Positions 28,483 to 37,248 of a stretch of DNA of 64,000 nt are shown here, piece after piece (positions within the stretch are counted from its first letter, which is position 1; every line of letters begins with the position of its first letter). This DNA comes from Candidatus Culexmicrobium cathedralense (GTDB lineage: Archaea > Thermoproteota > Methanomethylicia > Culexarchaeales > Culexmicrobiaceae). The notes below the pieces were generated by a model, which was given only the letters and a program-made list of their open reading frames with translations, searched no databases and was not told the origin of the DNA. Both the position numbers and the translations under genes were made by a program. The DNA lies in NCBI GenBank assembly GCA_025061115.1, contig JANZKC010000003.1, positions 64,001-128,000 of the forward strand. Reading direction: 5' to 3'.

Positions 28483-30282
28483 ATGGTGCTGGCTGGTTAT
28501 GGAGGCAGAGTTGTTAAAGTCAATTTGAGTACTTTAAAAGTTCAAGTTGATGATATAAGCGAATCAATAGCTAAAAAGTTCATTGGCGGTCTTGGATTAG
28601 CATCATATTACTTCTACAAGTACCTCCCCAATTACAATGTCGATCCATTAAGTCCAGATAATCTTTTGATTATAGCTTCAGGGCCATTCAATGGAGGATT
28701 AATACCAATGAGTACTAAGGCCATTTTACTGTTCAAATCTCCACAAACTAACGTTCTAGGCGCTTCAATTGTTGGTGGAAGCTTTGGAAGTTACATGAAG
28801 TGGGCTGGAATTGACTTGATAATGATCACTGGAAGAGCTGTAGAGCCAGTCTACATATTAATAAATGATGGAGAAGTTGAGATCAAAAGCGCCTCACATC
28901 TGTGGGGTAAGGGCTCTCACGTTGCTGAGAACAGTATTAAAGAAGAAATTGGGGATTCGGCGTCTGTGCTCACCATAGGTCCTGCAGGCGAAAACATGGT
29001 TAAATTTGCATGTGTAAATAATGACTATTGGAGGCAAGCAGGCAGAACTGGTGGAGGGGCGGTTTTTGGCTCCAAACGGTTAAAGGCGATAGCCATAAGA
29101 GCTTCTCCAAAGGCATCTCATTACTACGATTCTGAGAAGCTGCATGAATTGGTGGCTGAAGTTCATGAGTTAATTAGGAGCAGTAAGCCGATTCAGGGCT
29201 ATTCTTTAAGGGGAACTGTTGGAGCAGTTGAAGTGGCTAACGTTTTAGGGTATTTCCCGACTAGATATTGGAGCAAAGTTAAGCTCGAAGACTACGAAAA
29301 AGTTTCGTGGGAAGCCTACAAGGATTATCGAGTTAAAAGAATGACTTGCATAGGATGTCCAGTAGCCTGCCATCAGTATGTCGAAATAAGAGATTCAAGA
29401 TATGGATTAATTAAAGTTTCACTTGAATATGAAAATATATTTGCAATAGCTGGTTTATGCGAAATTTCAGATTCAATAGCAGTTGCCTATCTTAATGCAA
29501 TTATAGACGACTATGGCTTGGACACGATTTCAACCGGCAATGTAATAGCCTTTGCAATTGAAGCTTTCAAGAGAGGGCGATTAAAGTTAGACAGGGAAAT
29601 TGATTATGGTGATGTCGAGGGATTTACATGGCTCTTGGAAAAAGTAGTACGCAGAGAAGGGGTTGGAGAAATTTTAGCTGAAGGGGTTGCTAAGGCAGCT
29701 GAAAAACTTAAACTAAATGAAATTGCCGTGCACGTTAAAGGACTTGAGCCGCCTGGATATGATCCTAGAACTCTAAAGGGAATGATATTGTCATATGCTG
29801 TGTCATTTAGGGGAGCTTGTCATTTGAGAATGATGGGTTATCATGCAGATTTAATGGGACTTGGTGGGGGAAGATATTCAGCTAGTAGAGAGAAGGTTGA
29901 AATTCTAATTGACTTGGAAAATAGAGGTGCCATGTATGATTCGCTTCCACTATGTAAATTTGGAAGATTCATTTATGACTGGGATTTGATGGCGAAATTG
30001 CTTAATGCCGCAACGGGCTTCAACTATGAAGTTTGCGATCTGAAGAAAATTGCGGAGAGGATAATAACATTAACGAGGTTAATTAACGTCAAATTTGGAG
30101 TTAAAAGGAACGATGACAAGCTTCCGCTGAAGTTCTTTATAGAGCCAGTAGCCCATGAAGGTGAAAGGAAACTAAGCGAAAAGGAGGTTGAAAATATGAT
30201 AAGCACATACTATGCAATGAGAGGTTGGAACGAAAGTGGAATGCCTAAGAAGGAGAAAATAGCTGAACTTGAACTGGGATGA
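28483..30282 (+). CDS. aldehyde:ferredoxin oxidoreductase family (WOR) paralogue
   Basis: GGLGL, RQAGRTGGGAVFGSKRLKAI, CIGCPVAC, EYEN, GLDTIS, GYDPR, RGACH and LCKF. Confidence 0.9.
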   Translation: MVLAGYGGRVVKVNLSTLKVQVDDISESIAKKFIGGLGLASYYFYKYLPNYNVDPLSPDNLLIIASGPFNGGLIPMSTKAILLFKSPQTNVLGASIVGGSFGSYMKWAGIDLIMITGRAVEPVYILINDGEVEIKSASHLWGKGSHVAENSIKEEIGDSASVLTIGPAGENMVKFACVNNDYWRQAGRTGGGAVFGSKRLKAIAIRASPKASHYYDSEKLHELVAEVHELIRSSKPIQGYSLRGTVGAVEVANVLGYFPTRYWSKVKLEDYEKVSWEAYKDYRVKRMTCIGCPVACHQYVEIRDSRYGLIKVSLEYENIFAIAGLCEISDSIAVAYLNAIIDDYGLDTISTGNVIAFAIEAFKRGRLKLDREIDYGDVEGFTWLLEKVVRREGVGEILAEGVAKAAEKLKLNEIAVHVKGLEPPGYDPRTLKGMILSYAVSFRGACHLRMMGYHADLMGLGGGRYSASREKVEILIDLENRGAMYDSLPLCKFGRFIYDWDLMAKLLNAATGFNYEVCDLKKIAERIITLTRLINVKFGVKRNDDKLPLKFFIEPVAHEGERKLSEKEVENMISTYYAMRGWNESGMPKKEKIAELELG

Positions 30283-30373
30283 GGGATTAGTTATTCACAA
30301 GAATCAAGATGCTTTCAAAGATCAATAAGTATTATTAACTATTAAGTCTAAAACAATATGTGAGGGATTAGAT

Positions 30374-31702
30374 ATGAATGAATTTTTTAAGTCATCCAAA
30401 GAAGTGATTGAAAGTCAAAAGAAATTAATGTTCCCATGCATGCCAAAATATCGGCAGCCGGTGGTGATCGTTGAGGGTAGAGGAGCTTTAGTGAAGGATT
30501 TGGATGGAAAGTTGTATATCGACCTGTTTGCCGGTTATGCGGCAGTAAATATCGGTCATTGCCACCCTAAGGTCGTAGAGGCAATAACCTACTGGGCTAA
30601 AAGGATTCATCATACCTCATATGACTATTATAATTTGCCATCAGCATTATTGGCCGAAAAACTCGTTAAAATACTTCCAATGGAGGGGGATAAGAAAGTT
30701 TTCTTCTGCGTTAGCGGTGCAGAAGCAATTGAAGGATCAATTAAATTAATGAAAAAATACATGCTTAAAAATAAAGGAAAAACTGGAATTGAAGTATTAA
30801 CTTTAAGGTATAGCTTTCATGGAAGAACTCACATGGCAACAGCATTAACTGGGCAAAGCAAATACAAGAAGGGAATGGCAACGGTTTCAACAATTCCAGG
30901 AGTAAAAATTGTTCCTGCACCTTACTGCTACAGATGTCCATTCAAAATGGAATATCCTGAGTGCAACTTGTTCTGTGCTTACTATATTGAAGACATCATA
31001 AGATTCGAGACGTCAACTGACATAGGTGCTTTTCTAGCCGAGCCAGTTTTGGGTGAGGGTGGAATAATAGTTCCTCCAAAAGAATACTTTAAAGAAGTAG
31101 TTAAAATCATCAGGGATTATGATGGCCTCTTCATAGCCGATGAGGTTCAAACTGGATTTGCAAGAACAGGAAAAATATTTGGAATTGAAAACTTTGAAGT
31201 GGAGCCAGACATAATTGCAATGGCTAAGGGAATTACTAGCGGATTACCATTAGGTGCAATTGGAGCTAAAGCAGAAATTGCAAATGCGTTTGAATCAGGA
31301 GATCATTCATCGACTTGGGGGCCAAATGCAGTTTCATGTGCAGCTGCAAGTGCTGTAATAGATGTAATTCTTAAAGAGAATATCCCTGAAAAAGTCGACG
31401 AACTTGGAAAGTACTTTATAAGCGGAATTGAAGAATTGGCTAAAAAGCATAGATTAATTGGCGATGTGAGAGGACTTGGACTAATGATTGGAGTAGAATT
31501 AGTTAGGGATAGGGCTGAGAAAACACCTGCAGTTAAAGAGGCAATCAAAGTTAGAAATTACATGAGGGAAAGCGGTTTCCTCATCGGCGCCGGAGGAGCA
31601 TTTGGCTCAACACTTAGGATTGAACCGCCATTAATGATAACTAAAGAGCAAATAGATAGGGCATTAGAAGCATTAGATCAAGCTTTAAAGAAAGTCGAAT
31701 AA
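30374..31702 (+). CDS. class III PLP aminotransferase (GABA/ornithine/omega-amine type)
   Basis: SGAEA, SFHGRT, EPVLGEGG, FIADEVQTGFARTG, MAKG and DVRGLGLMIGVE. Confidence 0.92.
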   Translation: MNEFFKSSKEVIESQKKLMFPCMPKYRQPVVIVEGRGALVKDLDGKLYIDLFAGYAAVNIGHCHPKVVEAITYWAKRIHHTSYDYYNLPSALLAEKLVKILPMEGDKKVFFCVSGAEAIEGSIKLMKKYMLKNKGKTGIEVLTLRYSFHGRTHMATALTGQSKYKKGMATVSTIPGVKIVPAPYCYRCPFKMEYPECNLFCAYYIEDIIRFETSTDIGAFLAEPVLGEGGIIVPPKEYFKEVVKIIRDYDGLFIADEVQTGFARTGKIFGIENFEVEPDIIAMAKGITSGLPLGAIGAKAEIANAFESGDHSSTWGPNAVSCAAASAVIDVILKENIPEKVDELGKYFISGIEELAKKHRLIGDVRGLGLMIGVELVRDRAEKTPAVKEAIKVRNYMRESGFLIGAGGAFGSTLRIEPPLMITKEQIDRALEALDQALKKVE

Positions 31703-31840
31703 ATTCATAATCCTTTTCTTAATACTTAATTTTAAATTATTAAAGTTTTAATGTTTAAATATTTTTGATATTTTATTCCATATTTTTCCCTTAATTTTTA
31801 TATGCTTCTTTTTGAATACTTATTTTTGAGGGTTGATTCT

Positions 31841-32065
31841 ATGTCAAATGTAAAAGTTTGGAAGAGTGAAGAGTTAGGTATTACAATTGAAATTGATTAT
31901 GATAAGTGCACTGGCGTTGGTGAGTGCGTGAGGATTTGCCCTGTGCAAGTTTACGAGTTAATTGATGGGAAGGCGGCTGCTACAAATATTGATCAATGCA
32001 TTGAGTGCTGTGCTTGTGTAGCAGCTTGCCCGAACAATGCGATTAGGCATAGTAGCTGTGCATAG
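31841..32065 (+). CDS. dicluster ferredoxin (probable 3Fe-4S + 4Fe-4S)
   Basis: CTGVGECVRICP and CIECCACVAACP; ATG 31841 follows GAGGGTTGA. Confidence 0.88.
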   Translation: MSNVKVWKSEELGITIEIDYDKCTGVGECVRICPVQVYELIDGKAAATNIDQCIECCACVAACPNNAIRHSSCA

Positions 32066-32107
32066 TTGTCATGCAGTGCAGGCTTGAAGCGTATCATTAA
32101 ACTGAAG

Positions 32108-32572
32108 CTACACGTTGAAGTTGTAATTTTTTCTTGCTATTTCCTCTAGTTTAGCTATTTGTTTTTTCCTAAAGCCAACATATATTCCTCCAAATTTCCC
32201 TCCTACCCATGTAACTATTTCCTCATTTTTTGCCAAAACATCTTTTAAGTATGGATGGAGGACTTTAATTGAATACACCACTATATTTTTATCTTCTATT
32301 TTCAAGTCAATTCCTTTATTGAGCTGTATTCTGAAGCCATTTTCTATTCCAATAATTTTGAGAAATTTTCCTCTTTTTGGCGGTATTATTTTGTCTAATA
32401 TTGTATGTTCAACATCCAAGTGAGTTACTCTTGCTAATGAGTATCCTTTAATGTGAATGTAAACTTCAGCTCCATTTAACTCGATTTTACCATGGTTGGT
32501 TAGCAATTGGACTTCTGCTTTTCCGAGTAGTATTTTTCCTTCTGCAGGACCAGTCATCTCGATCTCTTCCAA
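32108..32572 (-). CDS. hypothetical protein
   Basis: 154 aa ORF with motif-like segments (HIKGYSLARVTHLDVE, WVGGKFGGIYVGFRK). Family not recognised. Confidence 0.7.
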   Translation of the reverse strand: MEEIEMTGPAEGKILLGKAEVQLLTNHGKIELNGAEVYIHIKGYSLARVTHLDVEHTILDKIIPPKRGKFLKIIGIENGFRIQLNKGIDLKIEDKNIVVYSIKVLHPYLKDVLAKNEEIVTWVGGKFGGIYVGFRKKQIAKLEEIARKNYNFNV

Positions 32573-32666
32573 GGTTAAATGTTGCTTTTACTTATATTAA
32601 CTTGAATCTATACCAATTTTGACAATAAATTTTTAACTTTACATGTAGCATGTATCACTAGGTTGA

Positions 32667-35369
32667 TTGAAGGTGGTTGCGGTGCCAGAAGATAGTGTTG
32701 AAAGGCAAAGGGTGTATACTTTCAGTGAAGGTGATTTTAAGAACGTTAAGCTACTTGGGGGGAAAGGTGCAGGGCTCTGCTTAATGACTCAACTTGGGCT
32801 GCCAGTTCCTCCAGGAATTATCATTACTACTGAAGTATGCAAGGAATATTATTCGGCGGGCCGTAGGCTTCCAGATGGGTTGATGGGTGAAGTTAAGGAG
32901 AAGATGAAGTACATCGAAGAAAAGACTGGCAAGAAGTTTGGTGATCCAGAGAATCCACTATTGGTTTCTGTTAGATCTGGAGCTCCTGTTTCAATGCCTG
33001 GAATGATGGATACAGTTCTCAATCTCGGGATCAACGACGTGATTGTAAAGGGACTGGCTAAGCAGCTTGGTGATGAAAGAGCAGCTTATGACGCGTATAG
33101 ACGTTTCCTTCAAATGTTTGGTAAAATCGTTTTGAACATTGACGAGAAACTTTTCGATGAAAAGTTTGAACATGTAAAGCAAAAGTATGGCGCTAAAACT
33201 GATGCTGATTTAACTGTTGATGCTTTGAAGGAAATTGTTGAGGAATTTAAGAAAATAATTAAGGAGAACTATGGAAGGCTAATTGAAGATCCTTGGGAGC
33301 AACTTGAGCTAGCCATTAAAGCAGTATTTGACTCTTGGAATAATCCAAGAGCAGTATTCTATAGAAAAGCGAATAAAATTACACCCGACATTGCTGATGG
33401 AACTGCAGTTAGCATAGTTGCGATGGTTTTTGGTAATGTTGGATTAAACTCAGCTACTGGCGTCATATTTACGAGAAATCCAGCATCTGGAGAAAATGAG
33501 CTTTACGGCGAGTTCCTAGTTATGGCTCAGGGCGAAGATGTGGTAGCAGGCATTAGAACTCCTAGGCCAATTAAGGAGTTAGCTGAATTAAATCCGAATC
33601 TCTACAAGCAGCTATATGATAGTGCTAAACTTCTGGAGAGAATTAAGAAGGAAGTTCAGGACATAGAGTTTACAATTGAGAATGGAAAGCTGTACTTCCT
33701 CCAAACTAGAAACGGCAAAATGACGCCTCTAGCTAGAGTTAAAACTGCTGTGGACATGGTTAAGGAGGGTATTCTGAAGAAGGAGGAAGCGCTATTAAGA
33801 GTTAAGCCAGAACACATTGAACAATTACTCTACCCACAAATCGATCCTAAGGTTAAGGCCGAACCAATAGCTAAGGGACTAGCATCATCTCCAGGTGCAG
33901 TTTCAGGAATAGTCGTCTTCGATGCTGATAAAGCGGTTAAGTGGGCGAATGAAGGAAAGCAAGTAATATTAGTTAGAGAGGAGACTAAACCTGACGACGT
34001 TCATGGAATGTATGCTTCAGTAGGCATTTTAACTAGCAGAGGTGGAATGACAAGCCATGCAGCTGTAGTTGCTAGAGCGATTGGAAAGCCATGTGTAGTA
34101 GGCTGTGAAGCAATAAAAATTGATTATGAAAGTAAAAAATTCACAGTGCCTAAAAATGGCGTAGTTGTAAGTGAGGGTGACTGGATCACCATAGACGGCT
34201 TCACTGGAAACGTCTACGTCGGCAAGATACCTACAATCAAGCCTGAATTGCCAAAAGAATTCCACGAGCTCCTAAGCTGGGCGGATGAGTTTAGAAGATT
34301 AGGCGTTAGAGCAAATGCAGACGTCCCTGAGGATGCGATAACCGCAAGGAAGTTTGGAGCTGAAGGCATTGGACTGCTCCGAACCGAAAGAATGTTCAGA
34401 GCACCAGAAAGGCTCGAAATATTTAGGAAGGTAATATTATCCGAAACAAGCGAGGAAAGGAGAAAACAACTCGAAAAGCTCGTCCCACTACTCAAGAGCG
34501 ACTTCTTGGAAATCTTTGAAGCCATGGAGGGCCTCCCAGTAATTGTAAGATTATTCGACCCGCCATTACACGAATTCCTGCCAAGCGAAGTCGAATTAGT
34601 AACGGAAATTATGGAATTGAAGGCTAAGGGTGAAACCCAGAAATTGGCTGAAAAGGAGCTCCTTCTCAAGCGCGTAAGAGCTCTTAAGGAAGCTAATCCA
34701 ATGATGGGGCATAGAGGAGTCAGAGTCGGCGTAACCTATCCGGAAATTTATGCTGCTCAAGTAAAAGCTATTCTCGAAGCTGCTGCAGAGCTAATTACGA
34801 AAGGAAAGGACATAAAAGTGTCCATAATGGTTCCACAGGTTTGCGATGCAAAAGAGCTAATCTACGTTAAAAAGAATGCCGTAGAACCAGTTGTAAAGGA
34901 GGTTGAAGCAAAATATGGAATCAAAGTGCCATTCAAGTACGGAACAATGATTGAAGTCGTAAGGGCATGCTTAACTGCAGATGAAATAGCAAAGGTTGCT
35001 GAATTCTTCAGCTTCGGAACAAACGACCTAACTCAAGGAACATTTACATTCAGTAGAGATGACGTTGAAGGAAAGTTCATGGCTAGGTACCTTGAACTAG
35101 GAATTCTCAATGAAGATCCATTCAAGACGCTTGATGAGAAAGGTGTTGGAAAGCTGATGAAAATTGCAGTTGAACTAGGTAGAAGCGTAAGAAAAGACAT
35201 TGAAATAGGCATTTGTGGAGAACATGGAGGGGATCCAAAAAGCATTGAATTCTGCCATAAAATTGGATTAGATTACGTAAGCGCTTCACCATATAGAATT
35301 CCAGTAGCAAGACTAGTAGCAGCACAAGCTGCAATAAAGGAAAAGGGCATTGAACTAGCAAAATACTAG
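32667..35369 (+). CDS. ppdK: pyruvate, phosphate dikinase
   Basis: LLGGKGA, LLVSVRSGA..SMPGMMDT, GGMTSHAAVVAR (phospho-His), FSFGTNDLTQ and GICGEHGG. Start may be GTG 32682. Confidence 0.97.
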   Translation: MKVVAVPEDSVERQRVYTFSEGDFKNVKLLGGKGAGLCLMTQLGLPVPPGIIITTEVCKEYYSAGRRLPDGLMGEVKEKMKYIEEKTGKKFGDPENPLLVSVRSGAPVSMPGMMDTVLNLGINDVIVKGLAKQLGDERAAYDAYRRFLQMFGKIVLNIDEKLFDEKFEHVKQKYGAKTDADLTVDALKEIVEEFKKIIKENYGRLIEDPWEQLELAIKAVFDSWNNPRAVFYRKANKITPDIADGTAVSIVAMVFGNVGLNSATGVIFTRNPASGENELYGEFLVMAQGEDVVAGIRTPRPIKELAELNPNLYKQLYDSAKLLERIKKEVQDIEFTIENGKLYFLQTRNGKMTPLARVKTAVDMVKEGILKKEEALLRVKPEHIEQLLYPQIDPKVKAEPIAKGLASSPGAVSGIVVFDADKAVKWANEGKQVILVREETKPDDVHGMYASVGILTSRGGMTSHAAVVARAIGKPCVVGCEAIKIDYESKKFTVPKNGVVVSEGDWITIDGFTGNVYVGKIPTIKPELPKEFHELLSWADEFRRLGVRANADVPEDAITARKFGAEGIGLLRTERMFRAPERLEIFRKVILSETSEERRKQLEKLVPLLKSDFLEIFEAMEGLPVIVRLFDPPLHEFLPSEVELVTEIMELKAKGETQKLAEKELLLKRVRALKEANPMMGHRGVRVGVTYPEIYAAQVKAILEAAAELITKGKDIKVSIMVPQVCDAKELIYVKKNAVEPVVKEVEAKYGIKVPFKYGTMIEVVRACLTADEIAKVAEFFSFGTNDLTQGTFTFSRDDVEGKFMARYLELGILNEDPFKTLDEKGVGKLMKIAVELGRSVRKDIEIGICGEHGGDPKSIEFCHKIGLDYVSASPYRIPVARLVAAQAAIKEKGIELAKY

Positions 35370-35486
35370 CGTTAATTCTTTTAACTATAATTAATTATTT
35401 TATAACTTAATTTTTATATTTTTACTAATTATGGTATTGGTTATTAAGTTACATTTATAATTGATTCTCGTAATGATGTATGCCTT

Positions 35487-36326
35487 TTATTTTGATTTCA
35501 CTAGAAATTCGCAGTATGGGTCTCCTTTTGCAATACATTTAGATTCAATCACCGAAACTTCGCTCTTGAAAAATTGGCTGAACCAACCAGCAATCATACC
35601 TCTAACTAGATGTGAGCTGGGCTTTTTGGATCTTTTATATAACTCACACTCGAAGCAACCATATATCCTAATTATTGCTTCCCTCCTATCCATGTCAAGC
35701 TTTATTGTTTTCATTATTCCAAAGCCAAGATGTTGAAACAATGCTTCAGACACTTTTACCAACTTTTCAGCGTCCCATCCTACAAGCCTGCGATGTCCCT
35801 TTTGAAACACATTAACGCCAATGTCATGGCCCAAAAGGTATAGGATTGCACTAAAACCAGAGCCTAGCTCCTCCCTAATCCTTTTAGCAAACACTTCATA
35901 TTCGCGTTGTAAAAATATTATTCCGCGTTCCTCACCTATCATTAATGGGAAGAAGTATTGATCATAAACGAAGCCATTAAAAATTGGATTAAGCAATTTG
36001 ACATCCAATACATATGGCATGTTTTTCAACACCATAAGCAAATCTTCAGCTTCAATATCTGAATCAGTTAAATCAACGAAAACCACACCATGGCTTGAGC
36101 CTTCCAAATCATGGGATACGGCATAATGAATAATTGGAATTCCCCTCGAGGCAAAAGCACGTGTTATTTGCTCCAAAACACCCGCTCTATATATTGCGCG
36201 GGGATCAAAAATTATATGAAAGCCAATCACCCGCCTTCCAGCAGCATTCACATATAATTGAAATCTAAATGGAGTGTGTTTATCAATCAACGTGAACCAC
36301 CGTTGAAAGCTATTGAAATCAAACAT
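35487..36326 (-). CDS. ACT + V4R domain ligand-binding protein
   Basis: N-terminal ACT-like region (RAGVLEQITRAFASRGIPI); C-terminal V4R with GFG, CFEC, HLVRG and ESKCIAKGDPYCEF. Confidence 0.82.
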   Translation of the reverse strand: MFDFNSFQRWFTLIDKHTPFRFQLYVNAAGRRVIGFHIIFDPRAIYRAGVLEQITRAFASRGIPIIHYAVSHDLEGSSHGVVFVDLTDSDIEAEDLLMVLKNMPYVLDVKLLNPIFNGFVYDQYFFPLMIGEERGIIFLQREYEVFAKRIREELGSGFSAILYLLGHDIGVNVFQKGHRRLVGWDAEKLVKVSEALFQHLGFGIMKTIKLDMDRREAIIRIYGCFECELYKRSKKPSSHLVRGMIAGWFSQFFKSEVSVIESKCIAKGDPYCEFLVKSK

Positions 36327-36424
36327 ATTTATGTATTAATTATGACCAAAACATTGATGTTTTACTTCTAATTTTTAATTATTATTAGTAATTATTCTAT
36401 ATTTAATTTTTTAAATTTTACTAA

Positions 36425-36787
36425 TCAATTAATTGTTAATTCTCTAAGTGAAATAAATGAATTTCTATTAATTTTTCTTTTATTTTTAAATTTAACTCCT
36501 TCAAGTTCGAGCAGCTTCCTCTTAAAATCCACTCCTCCTACGGCAGAATATCCTCCAATTTCGCCATTTGACCTTACAACTCTATGACATGGAATTATGG
36601 GTGCTTCATCGTTCATTTTCATAAGCTTTCCTACTAATCTTGGATTAACACCTAAAGCTAGTGCAAGTTCCTTGTAAGATGTAACCTTACCTATTGGAAT
36701 TAAGAGTAGCAGTGCTTTTGCTGCTTCAAGCATATCTATAATGCCTGCCTTCCTCACATTTCCATTTTCATAAACTAGTAGAGGCAC
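36425..36787 (-). CDS. ogt: O6-alkylguanine-DNA alkyltransferase, single-domain
   Basis: IPIGKVTSYKELA, PRLVG, PCHRVV active site, GGY and KRKLLELEG. Confidence 0.88.
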   Translation of the reverse strand: MPLLVYENGNVRKAGIIDMLEAAKALLLLIPIGKVTSYKELALALGVNPRLVGKLMKMNDEAPIIPCHRVVRSNGEIGGYSAVGGVDFKRKLLELEGVKFKNKRKINRNSFISLRELTIN

Positions 36788-36799
36788 GCAACCACCGTT

Positions 36800-37228
36800 C
36801 TATAAAGTTTGTTTTATAAGTTTCTGAATTTTCGTCAGGTATCTTGCAATTTTCACGCATTTAGGGTTAATTTCAATGTCTTTTCCATTTTCAATTACTA
36901 TGTGCTTCACATTGAGGTTGCCAACTATCCGCTTGACTTCTTCAAGGGCCATGTGAAGTTGAATGCAGTGAGGTGAACCATCAACAGTTAGTACTACGAC
37001 TTCATCCAACTCAACTCTAGCAGCCATTGAAGCGACTTTAAGAGCAACCATGTTCATGTGCTCTTTTTCCATGCAGACAAATAGTGGAACTCTGCCTTCT
37101 GCATACCTTTCAAATATGTCTTTGTGCTCACTTATTACGCATGAGCCACATATCAACAGCTTACGCTTCTCTCTAATCTCCTTTCCAGCAACATTTACGC
37201 TAAGTAGGTCTCGGATCAAATTTACCAC
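36800..37228 (-). CDS. conserved Cys-containing protein (putative Fe-S/metal binding)
   Basis: LLICGSC, VCME.EH and TVDGSPHCIQLH; co-oriented after carB. Confidence 0.7.
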   Translation of the reverse strand: MVNLIRDLLSVNVAGKEIREKRKLLICGSCVISEHKDIFERYAEGRVPLFVCMEKEHMNMVALKVASMAARVELDEVVVLTVDGSPHCIQLHMALEEVKRIVGNLNVKHIVIENGKDIEINPKCVKIARYLTKIQKLIKQTL

Positions 37229-37248
37229 CCAATAAAATTATCTATATA

